A DNA stretch of 64,000 nt from positions 32,001 to 96,000 of IMG/VR virus record IMGVR_UViG_3300020183_000013; one strand, written 5' to 3'. Shown here piece by piece: positions 9,272-19,637 of the stretch; position 1 is the first letter of the stretch, and each line of letters starts with the position of its first letter. The translations under genes were made by a program, and so were the position numbers. Under the pieces are notes generated by a model. That model did not search any database. It saw only the letters and a list, made by a program, of their open reading frames with translations, and was not told the DNA's origin. Source of the stretch: a virus.

Positions 9272-11608
9272 ATGGCTGCTCCAGTACTGCAGTTTAAAAG
9301 AGGTAACGCAGGTGTAGGAGGAACTATACCAGCATTACGTCCAGGGGAACCTGGATTTTCTTTAAATAATTTTGACTTGTTTGTAGGTTTTGATACCTCA
9401 GTTTCTGGTAATAAATTCTTTGGTTCTCATCGTTATTGGTTAAGAGAAGATGGAACAACTTCCCTTCGCTTTAAGTTAGTTGATAAAGACGGTTCAAACT
9501 ACGTAGCACTTAAGTCACCTGATACTCTTGCAGGAAACGTAACTTATGTTCTGCCAGGTACACAAGGTAGTAGTCAAACTGTCCTGACTAACGACGGTAG
9601 TGGTAATCTTTCTTGGTCTAGTGGTTCCCTAAACGCAGTATTCTCTGGAATTACCACAATTGGTGGTTCTTATCTAGATGTAAATACTAACGCAGACTTT
9701 TCTGGTATTACCACATTTAGCAATACAACTGATAACACCTTAGGAGATGCTAACACAGGTGCGGTTCAGATTGATGGTGGTTTAGGAGTCAATAAGAACG
9801 TAACAGTTGGAGGAAACTTAAACGTTCAGGGATACTCTGAGTTTGTTGGTGTTGCAACATTTAAGGGTGGTACTATCAATCTTGGTGATAGTGATACTGA
9901 TGATATCAACGTCGCTGGCGAGTTTGTTTCAAACTTAATTCCAAACGCCGATAATACTTATGATATTGGTGCCAACTCAACTCCAAAGAGATGGAGACAC
10001 GCAGCATTCTCTGGAGTTGGTACATTTGCAACTGGTTTAGTTGCTGATGATGTAAGACTTGGAATTGGTGGAAATGGAGTTGTTGATACCACAACAGGAA
10101 GTCTTTATCTAGATTCTGCTGCAGGAACTACTGTAATCAATGACCACGTTGATATCATCGGTGACCTGGATGTAACTGGAAATATTTCTCTTGGTGGAAC
10201 CACTGTTACTTTACGTGGTTCTGATGTTTTCATTGAGAACAAAGATATTGTTCTTGGATATACTACATCGATTACTCCAAATGATACCACTGCAAATCAC
10301 GGTGGTGTTGCAATTGCATCTACCGAAGGGACTCCATTAGCAGACTTTAATGCTTCTGGAATCAATACACTTCCAAGCACTTATAAGCAATTAATGTGGT
10401 TCAAGAGTGGAACTCTTGGATTTGGGACTGATGCATTTGGTTTCAACTATGGCGTTGCAATCGGAACCACAACAATGGCGAATGGAGTTCGCCTTGCTGT
10501 CGGAACTGGTGTAACTGTTGGTGATACTTCTGTCAGTGCATCAACTTTCTATGGTTCATTAGTTGGTAACGTATCTTCTGCCGACCAAGTTAAGACTGTT
10601 ACTGCAAGTAATAATGCAGCAAACTATTATATAACCTTTGTTGATAGTCACAATGGCTCTGCAACCAATGAGACTGTCTATACTGATGATGGTATTTACT
10701 ACAATCCCGGTGCTAATAAACTTACTACACAACACGCAGAATTCACTGGTGATGTTTTAGTCAGTGGTATCAGCACTCTTGCTGGAAATGTAAATCTTGG
10801 AGATAGTGGTGGAGATTTAATTACGGTTGTCGGCGTAACTACCTTTACCACTTCTAATGTTTATATTGATAATAATCTTTATGTTGGTGGACTTCAAGTA
10901 ACTGGTGGTGCTTCTATTGGTGTTGATGTAACTACAAGACACATCAGTGCTAGTGGTATCGCTACAGTTTCTGGATTAATAGATGGTAATGGTGGTGCAG
11001 ATATTAGTGGTGGTGAAACGACATTATCATCTGCAACAGTTTCAGACCTAACTTCAGGTAGAGTTGTTCTTGCAGGAACTTCTGGTTCTCTTCAAGATAG
11101 CGCAAACCTAACTTTTGGTGCAAATGGACTCACTGTTGGTGCAGGTGGTGTTAACGTAACTGGCGTTTCCACTTTTGCATCCAATGTCATTACAAGTTCT
11201 GACCTTACTGTTGGTGGAAATCTTTATGTTAACGGTTCCACAACACAGGTTAACACTGCTTCACTCACAGTCGAAGATCGTACTATTGAACTTGGTGTTG
11301 TAAATGGAAGTGCTCCTGGCTCTTCAACTACTTGGGACCTTGGAGTTATCTTCAACTATAACTCATCAGGTGCTAAGAAATCTGGTGTTGTCTGGGAACA
11401 CGCAGATGGTAGATTTAAGTTTGGTTCAGAAGTCACTGCTGGTGATGGAAATGACAATAATACTCCACAAATTACATTCACTACATATGCACCAATTGAA
11501 ATCAGTTCTCTTTGGGTAACTGATTGTGCTGGAACTTCACAAGTAATTTCCTGCACAGGAACTGAGAGATTCTTGGAAAATATCACGATTGACGCAGGAA
11601 CCTTCTAA
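9272..11608 (+). CDS. Tail fibre protein
   Basis: N-terminal LQFKRG...LRPGEPG fibre-attachment motif; beta-rich repeats (LTVGGNLYVNGSTTQVNT); C-terminal IDAGTF. Confidence 0.8.
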   Translation: MAAPVLQFKRGNAGVGGTIPALRPGEPGFSLNNFDLFVGFDTSVSGNKFFGSHRYWLREDGTTSLRFKLVDKDGSNYVALKSPDTLAGNVTYVLPGTQGSSQTVLTNDGSGNLSWSSGSLNAVFSGITTIGGSYLDVNTNADFSGITTFSNTTDNTLGDANTGAVQIDGGLGVNKNVTVGGNLNVQGYSEFVGVATFKGGTINLGDSDTDDINVAGEFVSNLIPNADNTYDIGANSTPKRWRHAAFSGVGTFATGLVADDVRLGIGGNGVVDTTTGSLYLDSAAGTTVINDHVDIIGDLDVTGNISLGGTTVTLRGSDVFIENKDIVLGYTTSITPNDTTANHGGVAIASTEGTPLADFNASGINTLPSTYKQLMWFKSGTLGFGTDAFGFNYGVAIGTTTMANGVRLAVGTGVTVGDTSVSASTFYGSLVGNVSSADQVKTVTASNNAANYYITFVDSHNGSATNETVYTDDGIYYNPGANKLTTQHAEFTGDVLVSGISTLAGNVNLGDSGGDLITVVGVTTFTTSNVYIDNNLYVGGLQVTGGASIGVDVTTRHISASGIATVSGLIDGNGGADISGGETTLSSATVSDLTSGRVVLAGTSGSLQDSANLTFGANGLTVGAGGVNVTGVSTFASNVITSSDLTVGGNLYVNGSTTQVNTASLTVEDRTIELGVVNGSAPGSSTTWDLGVIFNYNSSGAKKSGVVWEHADGRFKFGSEVTAGDGNDNNTPQITFTTYAPIEISSLWVTDCAGTSQVISCTGTERFLENITIDAGTF

Positions 11609-11630
11609 GTTTCGTATTAATTTCTAAATA

Positions 11631-11655
11631 GGAGGAGTTATCTCCTCCTTTTTTT
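11631..11655 (+). terminator. Rho-independent terminator
   Basis: GGAGGAG-TTAT-CTCCTCC followed by a T7 tract. Confidence 0.75.
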
Positions 11656-11847
11656 ATGTCTGAAGACGATTTGAAATCTGTTCTTGCAAAATATCAACAG
11701 AAAGCATTTGAACTATACAATACAAATATTGTACTAGAAACACAGGTTGAAAAATTAAGTTCAACTGTAAAATCTTTAAGTGATGAATTGGAAAAATTAA
11801 AGACAAAATCTAAAAGACCTGAAAAACCTGAAGAAGATTTCCAATAA
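11656..11847 (+). CDS. Small coiled-coil protein
   Basis: 63-aa ORF with heptad pattern between fibre genes. Confidence 0.6.
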   Translation: MSEDDLKSVLAKYQQKAFELYNTNIVLETQVEKLSSTVKSLSDELEKLKTKSKRPEKPEEDFQ

Positions 11848-11901
11848 ATAATAAAAACTCTTATATAAGAGTTCTACGGTATATACCAAAGATGAGGTTG
11901 A

Positions 11902-14900
11902 ATGTCTGATCCAAAAGTACGGTTTAAAAGGTCATCTGTACCTGGCAAAATTCCCAATGAGACGCAAGTTCCTCTTGGGGAAATAGCTTTAAACACATAT
12001 GACGGAAAGGTATTTGCCTCTAAAAACGTTGGTATAGGAACTACAGTTTTTACCGTTAACCCTTGGAACGTAGGGACGGGAACGGATTCTTATGATATTA
12101 ACTTTACTGCTGGAAATGTAGGTGTTGGTTCCACAATTCCAACATCAAAACTTTCTGTTGTCGGTGATGGACATTTTAGTGGAGTTGTAACTGCATCTAG
12201 TTTTAATGGATATCAAACACTTTTAGGAACGGCAAGTTCTGCTACAAAAACTTTTACGGTCACAGTCGCAAATAAAACAGCGAATCATCGTTACTTTGGA
12301 TCTGGATCTTCTCAAGGATACTTTATTGACGGGGCAGAATCTCCCTTTATAACATTACTTCCAGGAAAAACCTATCGCTTTGATCAAGCAGACGGTAGTA
12401 ATAGTTCTCATCCACTTCGTTTTTACCTGGAAGCAAATAGAACAACTCAATACACTACTAATGTAACAACAAACGGAACTGCTGGTAGTGCTGGTGCATA
12501 TACTGAAATCACTATTGTAGATACCACACCGATTGTTCTACATTATCAGTGCTCTAATCATGCTGGTATGGGTAATGCAGTATCCAACGCTGCTAATTTT
12601 ATTGACACTCCCTACCAAATCACTGCTCGTAGTGGAATTAATGCAACAGGTGTTGTTACTGCAACTACATTTGTTGGTGCTCTCACTGGTAACGTTACAG
12701 GAACTGCAACCACTGCGACTAATCTTGCAGATGCTGCAAATATCACTACAGGGACCATTAATTCTGCAAGATTATCTGGAACTTATGATATTAATGTAAG
12801 TTTTGCATCAACTGCTGGTATTGCAACTGTTGCACAAGGATTAACAGGAACACCTAATATAGTTGTTGGTGTTGTCACGGCTACTTCTTTTGTTAAATCT
12901 GGTGGAACTTCAAGTCAGTTTTTAAAGGCTGATGGTTCAGTTGATACAAGCACATATTTAACATCATATTCAGAAACTGATACTTTAAACTCAGTAACAG
13001 GTAGAGGCAATAGCACCACAAATGGTATTTCTGTTGGTGTGCTCACTGCAACATCAGGTAATTTTAGTGGCATTATCACTTCATCTGGTGCTAATGTTTC
13101 TGGTGTCGTCACAGCATCTTCATTCTCTGGATCTGGTTCCCAATTAACAGGCATTGTAACTTCATTAACTGCCGGAACTGGTATTTCAATCAACCAATCT
13201 ACAGGTAATGTAACCATCACTGCAACTGGTGGTGGTGGAAGTGGTGAAGGATTTTTTGTACAAAATTCTGCTGGTATTCATACACTCTCTAATGTTGGCA
13301 TTGGAACTACAAATCCAACATCAAAACTAGATGTTACTGGTAACGTAAAAGTTTCTGGTATTGTCACGGCAACCTCATTCTCTGGTTCTGGGACTAATCT
13401 GACAGGTATTGTTACTTCCATTACTGCTGGTTCTGGTATTTCAATTGACCAATCCACAGGTAATGTAACAATTATATCAACGGGTGGTGCAGGTGCTGGA
13501 GTTTCTGCTCTAACATCAGCGGATAATTATATTATTACTCTGACTCCATCATTTAATGGAATTACAACTGCATTTACGATGCAGTACAATGGTAATAATT
13601 ACTTCCCACTGAATGAACAACAACTTTTAGTTTCTCTTGGTGGTGTTATTCAAGAACCCACAACTGCATATACAGTTAGTTCTTCAACGATTAGATTTGC
13701 AAGTGCTCCAAATACTGAAACTGATTACTTCATTACAGCACTGAATACTGCTCCACTATCGAGAAATGCACAATCTTATAATGTCACTGGAGTTCAAACA
13801 AACTTTACATTAACCAATGGATATACAATTGGATATGTTGATGTTTATTTAAATGGTGCTCGTCTAGTTTCTGGTGATGACTATACTGCAACTAACGGTA
13901 CAACAGTTGGTCTTACAAGTGCTGCACAAAATGGAGATGTTGTAGAAGTTGTTGGATATAAGGCTGTTAGTCTATCTACAGATGACTTGGTAATTAATGG
14001 AAATCTAAAAGTCACTGGTATTACCACTCTTGGGAATTATGTTCAGGTTGGAGTTGGCTCTACTGCTCTTATTGTTAATGGTGACGCAAGAGTTACTGGT
14101 ATTCTAACTGTTGGTTCTTCATCAGTTACGATTGATGGTATCAACAATAAAATTAATGTTGGCACTGGACTTACCATAACTAATGGTATTGTTGCAACTG
14201 GTGTTATCACTGCAACAAGTTTTGTTGGTGATGGCTCTGGATTAACTGGAGCAGGTTCTACAGTTGTTGATGACACAAGCACTAATCAAACTTTGTATCC
14301 AGTATTAACTGCACAAACTTCAGGAACAATTACAGCATCGAAAGTTTCGACTACTAAGTTATCGTTCAATCCTTCTACTGGTGTTATATCTGCAACAACA
14401 TTTAATGGAAATATTACTGGTACTGCAGCAACATTTACTGGAAATGTTTCTATTGCAGGAACCTTAACTTATGAAGACGTAACCAATGTTGATTCTATTG
14501 GTATTGTAACAGCTCGTTCTGGTGTTCAAGTTACTGGTGGCAATCTCTTAGTCGGTTCTACAAGTGCTACAGGAACAGCATCACAACCACTTCAAGTCAC
14601 TGGTGGTGCTTATGTGAGTGGTAGTATTGGTGTAGGAACCACAAATCCAACAGCAAAATTAGATGTATCAGGTTCCATAAGAGCATCATCACAATTAATT
14701 TCTACAGTAGCAACAGGAACTGCACCACTTACAGTTTCTTCAACGACTGTAGTAAGCAACTTAAATGCTGACTTGCTTGATGGGTATAATGTGGGAACAT
14801 CAGGCGCAACTATTCCTCTTATGAATGGTTCTAATACTTGGAGTGCTGCTCAAACTTTTACTGCAAATTTATCATTCAACACAACAGCAGCAGAAAGAGT

Positions 14901-15459
14901 TATAATTTTTAATAATGGAACAACTAATGTCTATTTTTATGGACAAACAGTTGCTGCTGGCGGAAATCAAGGTATGTATGATGGCACCAATGGGAGAGGT
15001 GTTTGGTATTATTCTCCTTCTGGAGCATCTTTTAATCCACAAATTGATACTAATGTTACTGGTGCAATTACAGCAACATCAAACATCACTGCATATTCAT
15101 CAGACCGTAGATTAAAAGAAAACTTCAAACATATTGAAACTCCATTAGATAAAATACAGAAACTGAATGGATATACTTTTGATTGGAATGAGAAATCAAA
15201 AGAACTAGGATTCACTCCAAAACACGAAACAAATGACATTGGTTTGATTGCACAAGAAGTTCAAGAAGTTCTTCCTCAAGCGGTAGCACCAGCACCATTT
15301 GACCAAGATTGGAATGGAGAACAAAATATATCAAAATCAGGAGAAAACTACCTTACTATTCAATATGAAAGATTAGTTCCACTTCTTGTCGAAGCAATCA
15401 AAGAGCAGCAAGAGCAAATAAATACACTTAAAGAAGAAATTAATAACTTGAAAAAATGA
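11902..15459 (+). CDS. Long tail fibre with a cupredoxin-like domain and C-terminal intramolecular chaperone (peptidase S74)
   Basis: N-terminal FKRSSVPGK.P..GEIALNTYDG; C-terminal SDRRLKEN...IGLIAQEVQEVLPQAV...YERLVPLLVEAIKE plus coiled coil. Confidence 0.85.
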   Translation: MSDPKVRFKRSSVPGKIPNETQVPLGEIALNTYDGKVFASKNVGIGTTVFTVNPWNVGTGTDSYDINFTAGNVGVGSTIPTSKLSVVGDGHFSGVVTASSFNGYQTLLGTASSATKTFTVTVANKTANHRYFGSGSSQGYFIDGAESPFITLLPGKTYRFDQADGSNSSHPLRFYLEANRTTQYTTNVTTNGTAGSAGAYTEITIVDTTPIVLHYQCSNHAGMGNAVSNAANFIDTPYQITARSGINATGVVTATTFVGALTGNVTGTATTATNLADAANITTGTINSARLSGTYDINVSFASTAGIATVAQGLTGTPNIVVGVVTATSFVKSGGTSSQFLKADGSVDTSTYLTSYSETDTLNSVTGRGNSTTNGISVGVLTATSGNFSGIITSSGANVSGVVTASSFSGSGSQLTGIVTSLTAGTGISINQSTGNVTITATGGGGSGEGFFVQNSAGIHTLSNVGIGTTNPTSKLDVTGNVKVSGIVTATSFSGSGTNLTGIVTSITAGSGISIDQSTGNVTIISTGGAGAGVSALTSADNYIITLTPSFNGITTAFTMQYNGNNYFPLNEQQLLVSLGGVIQEPTTAYTVSSSTIRFASAPNTETDYFITALNTAPLSRNAQSYNVTGVQTNFTLTNGYTIGYVDVYLNGARLVSGDDYTATNGTTVGLTSAAQNGDVVEVVGYKAVSLSTDDLVINGNLKVTGITTLGNYVQVGVGSTALIVNGDARVTGILTVGSSSVTIDGINNKINVGTGLTITNGIVATGVITATSFVGDGSGLTGAGSTVVDDTSTNQTLYPVLTAQTSGTITASKVSTTKLSFNPSTGVISATTFNGNITGTAATFTGNVSIAGTLTYEDVTNVDSIGIVTARSGVQVTGGNLLVGSTSATGTASQPLQVTGGAYVSGSIGVGTTNPTAKLDVSGSIRASSQLISTVATGTAPLTVSSTTVVSNLNADLLDGYNVGTSGATIPLMNGSNTWSAAQTFTANLSFNTTAAERVIIFNNGTTNVYFYGQTVAAGGNQGMYDGTNGRGVWYYSPSGASFNPQIDTNVTGAITATSNITAYSSDRRLKENFKHIETPLDKIQKLNGYTFDWNEKSKELGFTPKHETNDIGLIAQEVQEVLPQAVAPAPFDQDWNGEQNISKSGENYLTIQYERLVPLLVEAIKEQQEQINTLKEEINNLKK

Positions 15460-15794
15460 TAAACTATACTTGGAAAATACATTCGCTTACAAAGAGAACT
15501 ATAAATACTATTGATAGTGTAGTATTCACGGTTGTATGGGAAAAATTTGGTATTGATGAGGATGGTTATACTGGTTCCGTAAAGGCAGCAGCAAACTTTA
15601 ATATCGAAGATATTGATGAGAGCTCTTTTGTACCTTATGAGCAATTAACGGAAGAAATTCTGATTAATTGGGTGAAAGATTTTATTAATGAAGATTCAGT
15701 AAATCAAGGTATTGAAGCAGAAATAGAGAAAGCAAAGTCTAATTGGATTCAAATAAATGATGGCGAGTTTCCTTGGAATGTAGTGGAGGAATAA
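15456..15794 (+). CDS. Fibre-associated small protein (putative chaperone), paralog of 16822..17160
   Basis: YTWKIHSLTK...V.WEK.G.D...GSVK...F.PY..L....I.NW.K...FPWN. Confidence 0.7.
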   Translation: MINYTWKIHSLTKRTINTIDSVVFTVVWEKFGIDEDGYTGSVKAAANFNIEDIDESSFVPYEQLTEEILINWVKDFINEDSVNQGIEAEIEKAKSNWIQINDGEFPWNVVEE

Positions 15795-15797
15795 TAG

Positions 15798-16775
15798 ATG
15801 GTACTTCCAACAGGTACTATTTCAATGAGCCAAGTCAATACAGAACTTGGCATCAGTCCATCAGCAACTACTATCTCGCTTAATCAAGCAAACGTAAGAG
15901 CACTGGCGGGTGTTCCTAGTGGTACTATCTCAATGGATAACTTGAGAGGTAAGAGTGCTGTACAAATATCGTACTATCCAACAGCAAACCAAGGAAATGT
16001 AACTACTGTACCTAAATCTAGTGGATTTAGTGTCAGCACTGCTGGGCAATACGTTATGACAGTTAATGCTCCATTTAGTGCCCCATTTATTATGTGGGGA
16101 GCTGGTGGATCTAGAGGTAATGATAATGTGTCTGGTGGTGGTGGAGCTGGAGGATCATCTTCAGGAACTTTAACTTTATCTCCAGGAACAAATTATGTAT
16201 TTGTTGTTGGAGGAAGTGCTGCACAAACTCAATTTGCATCACCATTTGGTTCTGGTGGTCCCGGTGGAGGTCCAGATGCCTTTGGTGGTGCTGGTGGTGG
16301 ATATACGGGATTATTTGTATCTTCAATTTCACAACCAAATGCAAGAATAATGGCAGGTGGTGGTGGGGGTGGAAACGGAACTGATGCCGGTAACCAACCA
16401 CCAACACATATCGGCGGTGCTGGAGGAGGAACTTCGGGACAATCTGCGCCTGGAAGTGGTGGTGGTGGGGGTGGACAATCAATACCAGGTTCGTTTACCG
16501 GAGGAACTGGTGTAACTAGAGGTATTAATCAAGGTTCTGGAGGCGGCGGAGGAGGAGGATTTAATGGTGGTGGCGGCGGCAACAAGGGGGGAAATGGTAC
16601 TGCAGGTCAATCTGGACGTGCCGGCGGTGGAGGTTCTGGATATATTCATCCAAGTGTTACTGGAGGCTCGACAACTGGTGGAACCGGAACAACTGCAGGA
16701 AATCCTACATCGCCATACAGAGGAACTTCTGGAAATCCCGGTACTTCGGGACTATTTGTTCTTATTGGTTCTTAA
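15798..16775 (+). CDS. Gly-rich adhesin-like protein (gp38-like), copy 1
   Basis: N-terminal ISMSQVNTEL...ISLN...VR.LAG...ISM..LRGKS followed by multiple GGGGG blocks; lies downstream of the S74 fibre. Confidence 0.7.
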   Translation: MVLPTGTISMSQVNTELGISPSATTISLNQANVRALAGVPSGTISMDNLRGKSAVQISYYPTANQGNVTTVPKSSGFSVSTAGQYVMTVNAPFSAPFIMWGAGGSRGNDNVSGGGGAGGSSSGTLTLSPGTNYVFVVGGSAAQTQFASPFGSGGPGGGPDAFGGAGGGYTGLFVSSISQPNARIMAGGGGGGNGTDAGNQPPTHIGGAGGGTSGQSAPGSGGGGGGQSIPGSFTGGTGVTRGINQGSGGGGGGGFNGGGGGNKGGNGTAGQSGRAGGGGSGYIHPSVTGGSTTGGTGTTAGNPTSPYRGTSGNPGTSGLFVLIGS

Positions 16776-16821
16776 AAAATATTATATATTTCATTAAAAA
16801 ACATAAATACCTAAAAACATT

Positions 16822-17160
16822 ATGAAATATACTTGGAGAATACATTCTTTAACAAAAGAAACTAGAAATTCAATTGATGACGTAGTTGTTGAAGTTCTCT
16901 GGGAAAAAATTGGTGTTGATTCAATAGACTATCATAAAGGCTCGGTAAAAAGAAAAACAGAATTTACCGAAGAACAACTTAAACCAAATTCTTTTATTCC
17001 ATATTCTGATCTAAAAAAGCAGGACATAATTAATTGGATTAAATCTGTAGTAAATGAAGAGCAAATAAATAATCAAATCGAGATTGAAATTAATAAATCA
17101 AGAGTGAACCGAGTGTTGGTCAAAGAAGAAGATTTTCCCTGGAACAAGAAGGAGAAATAA
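16822..17160 (+). CDS. Fibre-associated small protein, paralog of 15456..15794
   Basis: Clear motif-level similarity; own late promoter at 16803. Confidence 0.7.
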   Translation: MKYTWRIHSLTKETRNSIDDVVVEVLWEKIGVDSIDYHKGSVKRKTEFTEEQLKPNSFIPYSDLKKQDIINWIKSVVNEEQINNQIEIEINKSRVNRVLVKEEDFPWNKKEK

Positions 17161-17163
17161 CAT

Positions 17164-18177
17164 ATGGTTTTACCATCAGCACCTGCTTCAATTTCAATGA
17201 GCCAGGTAAACACTGAACTTAGTAATCCTTCAACATCCACTATTTCATTAAATGATAGTGGAGTAAGAAACTTAGCAGGTTCTCCTTTTTCAACACCAGC
17301 AACGACAATCTCAATGAATGATTTGAGAGGTAAAAGTGCTGGATTAACTGCAACAGGAGGTACAACATCTACTCCTGGTGATGGCTATAGATATCATATT
17401 TTTGATACAACAGATACTTTCAGTGTTAGTTCAGCACCACCAACTCGTAATACAGTTGAGTATTTTGTGGTTGCAGGCGGTGGTGGTGGAGCAGCTGCTC
17501 CTGGTGTTGCTGCAGGTGGTGGTGGAGGTGCTGGTGGATTTAGAACTGGAACTGGATTCCCAATCACAGCAACAAACTATCCAATTACAGTAGGACCTGG
17601 TGGTGGTTCTAGTGGAAATGGAAGTCCATCAATATTCTCTACAATTACATCAACTGGTGGGGGTGCTGGTGGTTCTCCTGGTGGTTCTGGTGGTGGTGGA
17701 TTTTCCCCTGGTGGTAGTGTAGGTTCCGGAACTCCTGGACAAGGAAACGCTGGTGGAGCTCAATCAGTTCCAAACCCAAATGTAAGAAGTGGTGGAGGTG
17801 GCGGAGGTTCTGGATCTACTGGAGGTGCTGCAGGAACTACTGCTGGTAATGGAGGACCTGGCTCACCAGTAGGATGGACTGTCGGTGGAGGAACTTATTC
17901 TGGCGGTGGTGGTGGAGGTTCAATGGTGTACTTCCCATACCCACCGGGAACTTATGGGCCTGGTGGTGGTGGTCCTGGTGGTGGTGGTCCTGGAGGAAGA
18001 TATTCGTTTGCATTTCCAGGCGTTCCAGTCACAAGAACTCTTGCCGGTAATGGTACAATAAATACTGGCGGTGCTGGTGGTGGTGGAGCAAACAACCCAG
18101 GACAGGGTGGATTTACTACTATGGATGGAGGTTCTGGTGGTAGAGGAAGAGTTGGTATTCGTTACTTATACCCATAA
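17164..18177 (+). CDS. Gly-rich adhesin-like protein (gp38-like), copy 2
   Basis: Same N-terminal anchor as copy 1 with a different body (ATGG...YRYHIF...VEYFVVAGGGGG...GRVGIRY). Confidence 0.7.
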   Translation: MVLPSAPASISMSQVNTELSNPSTSTISLNDSGVRNLAGSPFSTPATTISMNDLRGKSAGLTATGGTTSTPGDGYRYHIFDTTDTFSVSSAPPTRNTVEYFVVAGGGGGAAAPGVAAGGGGGAGGFRTGTGFPITATNYPITVGPGGGSSGNGSPSIFSTITSTGGGAGGSPGGSGGGGFSPGGSVGSGTPGQGNAGGAQSVPNPNVRSGGGGGGSGSTGGAAGTTAGNGGPGSPVGWTVGGGTYSGGGGGGSMVYFPYPPGTYGPGGGGPGGGGPGGRYSFAFPGVPVTRTLAGNGTINTGGAGGGGANNPGQGGFTTMDGGSGGRGRVGIRYLYP

Positions 18178-18182
18178 AAACA

Positions 18183-18650
18183 ATGGCAAATTTCGCAAAG
18201 ATAATCAACAATAATATAGTTGAAAGATTAGTTGCAGTATCTGACGACGAACTAATTGATGAAAATGGACAAGAGAATGAAGTTCTTGGTATTGCATTTT
18301 TGAAAGAACTTTTTGGGTATGATACTGAATGGGTTCAAACTTCTTATAATAATAATTTTAGAAGCAAGTTTGCTTGTATTGGAGATACTTATGATAGAAC
18401 TAGAGATGCATTTATATCACCAAAACCAGAAACTAATCCTTCATGGGTGTTAAATGAACAATCCCTAAGATGGGAACCACCCATTCCTATTCCAGTTGAA
18501 GAAGGATTCTATTTCTTATGGAATGAAGAAACTCAAACATGGAATAAATATTCAATTCCAGAACCAGGTCCAATAACACAAACTTTTGAATGGGATGAAG
18601 TAAATCAAGTATTAATTGTGAGAGATATCGATGAAGAAACTACTACGTAA
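18183..18650 (+). CDS. Paralog of 705..1148
   Basis: MANFAKI...WVQTSYNNNFRSKFACIGDTYD...FISPKP..PSW.LNE..LRWEPP. Confidence 0.7.
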   Translation: MANFAKIINNNIVERLVAVSDDELIDENGQENEVLGIAFLKELFGYDTEWVQTSYNNNFRSKFACIGDTYDRTRDAFISPKPETNPSWVLNEQSLRWEPPIPIPVEEGFYFLWNEETQTWNKYSIPEPGPITQTFEWDEVNQVLIVRDIDEETTT

Positions 18651-18972
18651 ACTATTTTCAAAACCATATACTTGCTGTCTAGAAATGCATAATGAACTAG
18701 GATGCTATTGTTCTGTGGAGCATCCATGCCCACCAGCAGGAGAAGATGGAGCTGTAGAATTTTTTGACAAGTATCATTTCATGATTGTTCATCAAATTGC
18801 TCATAAGGCAAACGAAGAAATTATTCAGGATTTGATTTCAATTCTTGGACCAAGAAAAGCAAGAGTTCAATTTGCCGGAAAAAGAATTTACTTCAATGAC
18901 CGCAGGTATATTGATTTACCTCATGATGGTATCTTTGTTTACGACGAAAACAAAATCGATATGACAGTCTAA
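18631..18972 (+). CDS. Hypothetical protein
   Basis: 113-aa ORF; stop codon lies inside palindrome copy 1. Confidence 0.5.
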   Translation: MKKLLRKLFSKPYTCCLEMHNELGCYCSVEHPCPPAGEDGAVEFFDKYHFMIVHQIAHKANEEIIQDLISILGPRKARVQFAGKRIYFNDRRYIDLPHDGIFVYDENKIDMTV

Positions 18973-19019
18973 AAACTGTCCTAGACCCCTCCAGAATCGC
19001 CTGTGAGGGGTCTTATAGT
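18960..19019 (+). promoter_or_regulatory. Early promoter element copy 1 (palindrome + hairpin + -10)
   Basis: TATGACAGTCTAAAAACTGTCCTA; AGACCCCTC...GAGGGGTCT; TATAGT at 19014. Confidence 0.7.
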
Positions 19020-19145
19020 GTCTGAGCAACCACAGACACCTATGAAGTATTCAAGTCTAGATCGTCTGATTTTTGTTGGTTCCTTTGTGTGGTTCATTCA
19101 CTGGACAACAAAAGTTTCTGCAGCTCTTTTGAACTTTGTATTCTG

Positions 19146-19583
19146 ATGCTTTCATTATACACTAGTGGATACAATTACAGCAAGAAACGCTGTGAAAAAA
19201 TTGTAAATTGGTTTATTCAAAAAGAACTTCCGCGTTACAAATTGGAAGTCTCTGTCAATCATCGCGGAATGTTGCGTGATGGAGTTTATGGATGGGTTGG
19301 TGTGACTGATTGTGACCATAGACCTCGGGCATTTGAGATCGAGATGCATAATCGATTGTCACTAGAACACTATACAATTGTATTACTTCACGAGTTGTGG
19401 CACATTAATCAGCACGTTAAGGGTGCTCTTCGAGATAAGTATGGTAAGAGACATTGGAGGGGTATTGATCATTCTCATCTGGACTATTCTGATCAACCGT
19501 GGGAACAACAATCTTTCATAATGGAAAAAGTGCTCTACGAGGAATATCTAAACTACTTGACAGATACCCAACAATCCCTCTAG
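19146..19583 (+). CDS. Putative zinc metallopeptidase-like protein (HExxH)
   Basis: LLHELWHINQH...PWE; ATG overlaps the stop of a 34-aa hydrophobic ORF at 19042..19146. Confidence 0.6.
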   Translation: MLSLYTSGYNYSKKRCEKIVNWFIQKELPRYKLEVSVNHRGMLRDGVYGWVGVTDCDHRPRAFEIEMHNRLSLEHYTIVLLHELWHINQHVKGALRDKYGKRHWRGIDHSHLDYSDQPWEQQSFIMEKVLYEEYLNYLTDTQQSL

Positions 19584-19637
19584 AATACCTTTGTTGGGTT
19601 TGAAGACAAGTTGGCTAAATATTTCTTTAAGAATCTT

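Larger units (their letters stand above)
683..16809 (+). promoter_or_regulatory. Series of T4-type (gp55 sigma) late promoters NATAAATA/CTAAATA
   Basis: Copies at 683, 1145, 3104, 4369, 4659, 6068, 6362, 8005, 8058, 8531, 9234, 11624, 11844 and 16803, each shortly upstream of a structural gene start. Confidence 0.85.

Noticed and set aside
1618-18177. Diversity-generating retroelement or invertase shufflon acting on fibre tips
   Set aside because: No reverse transcriptase or recombinase in the window, no adenine-specific TR/VR pair noticed, and all modules are in direct orientation
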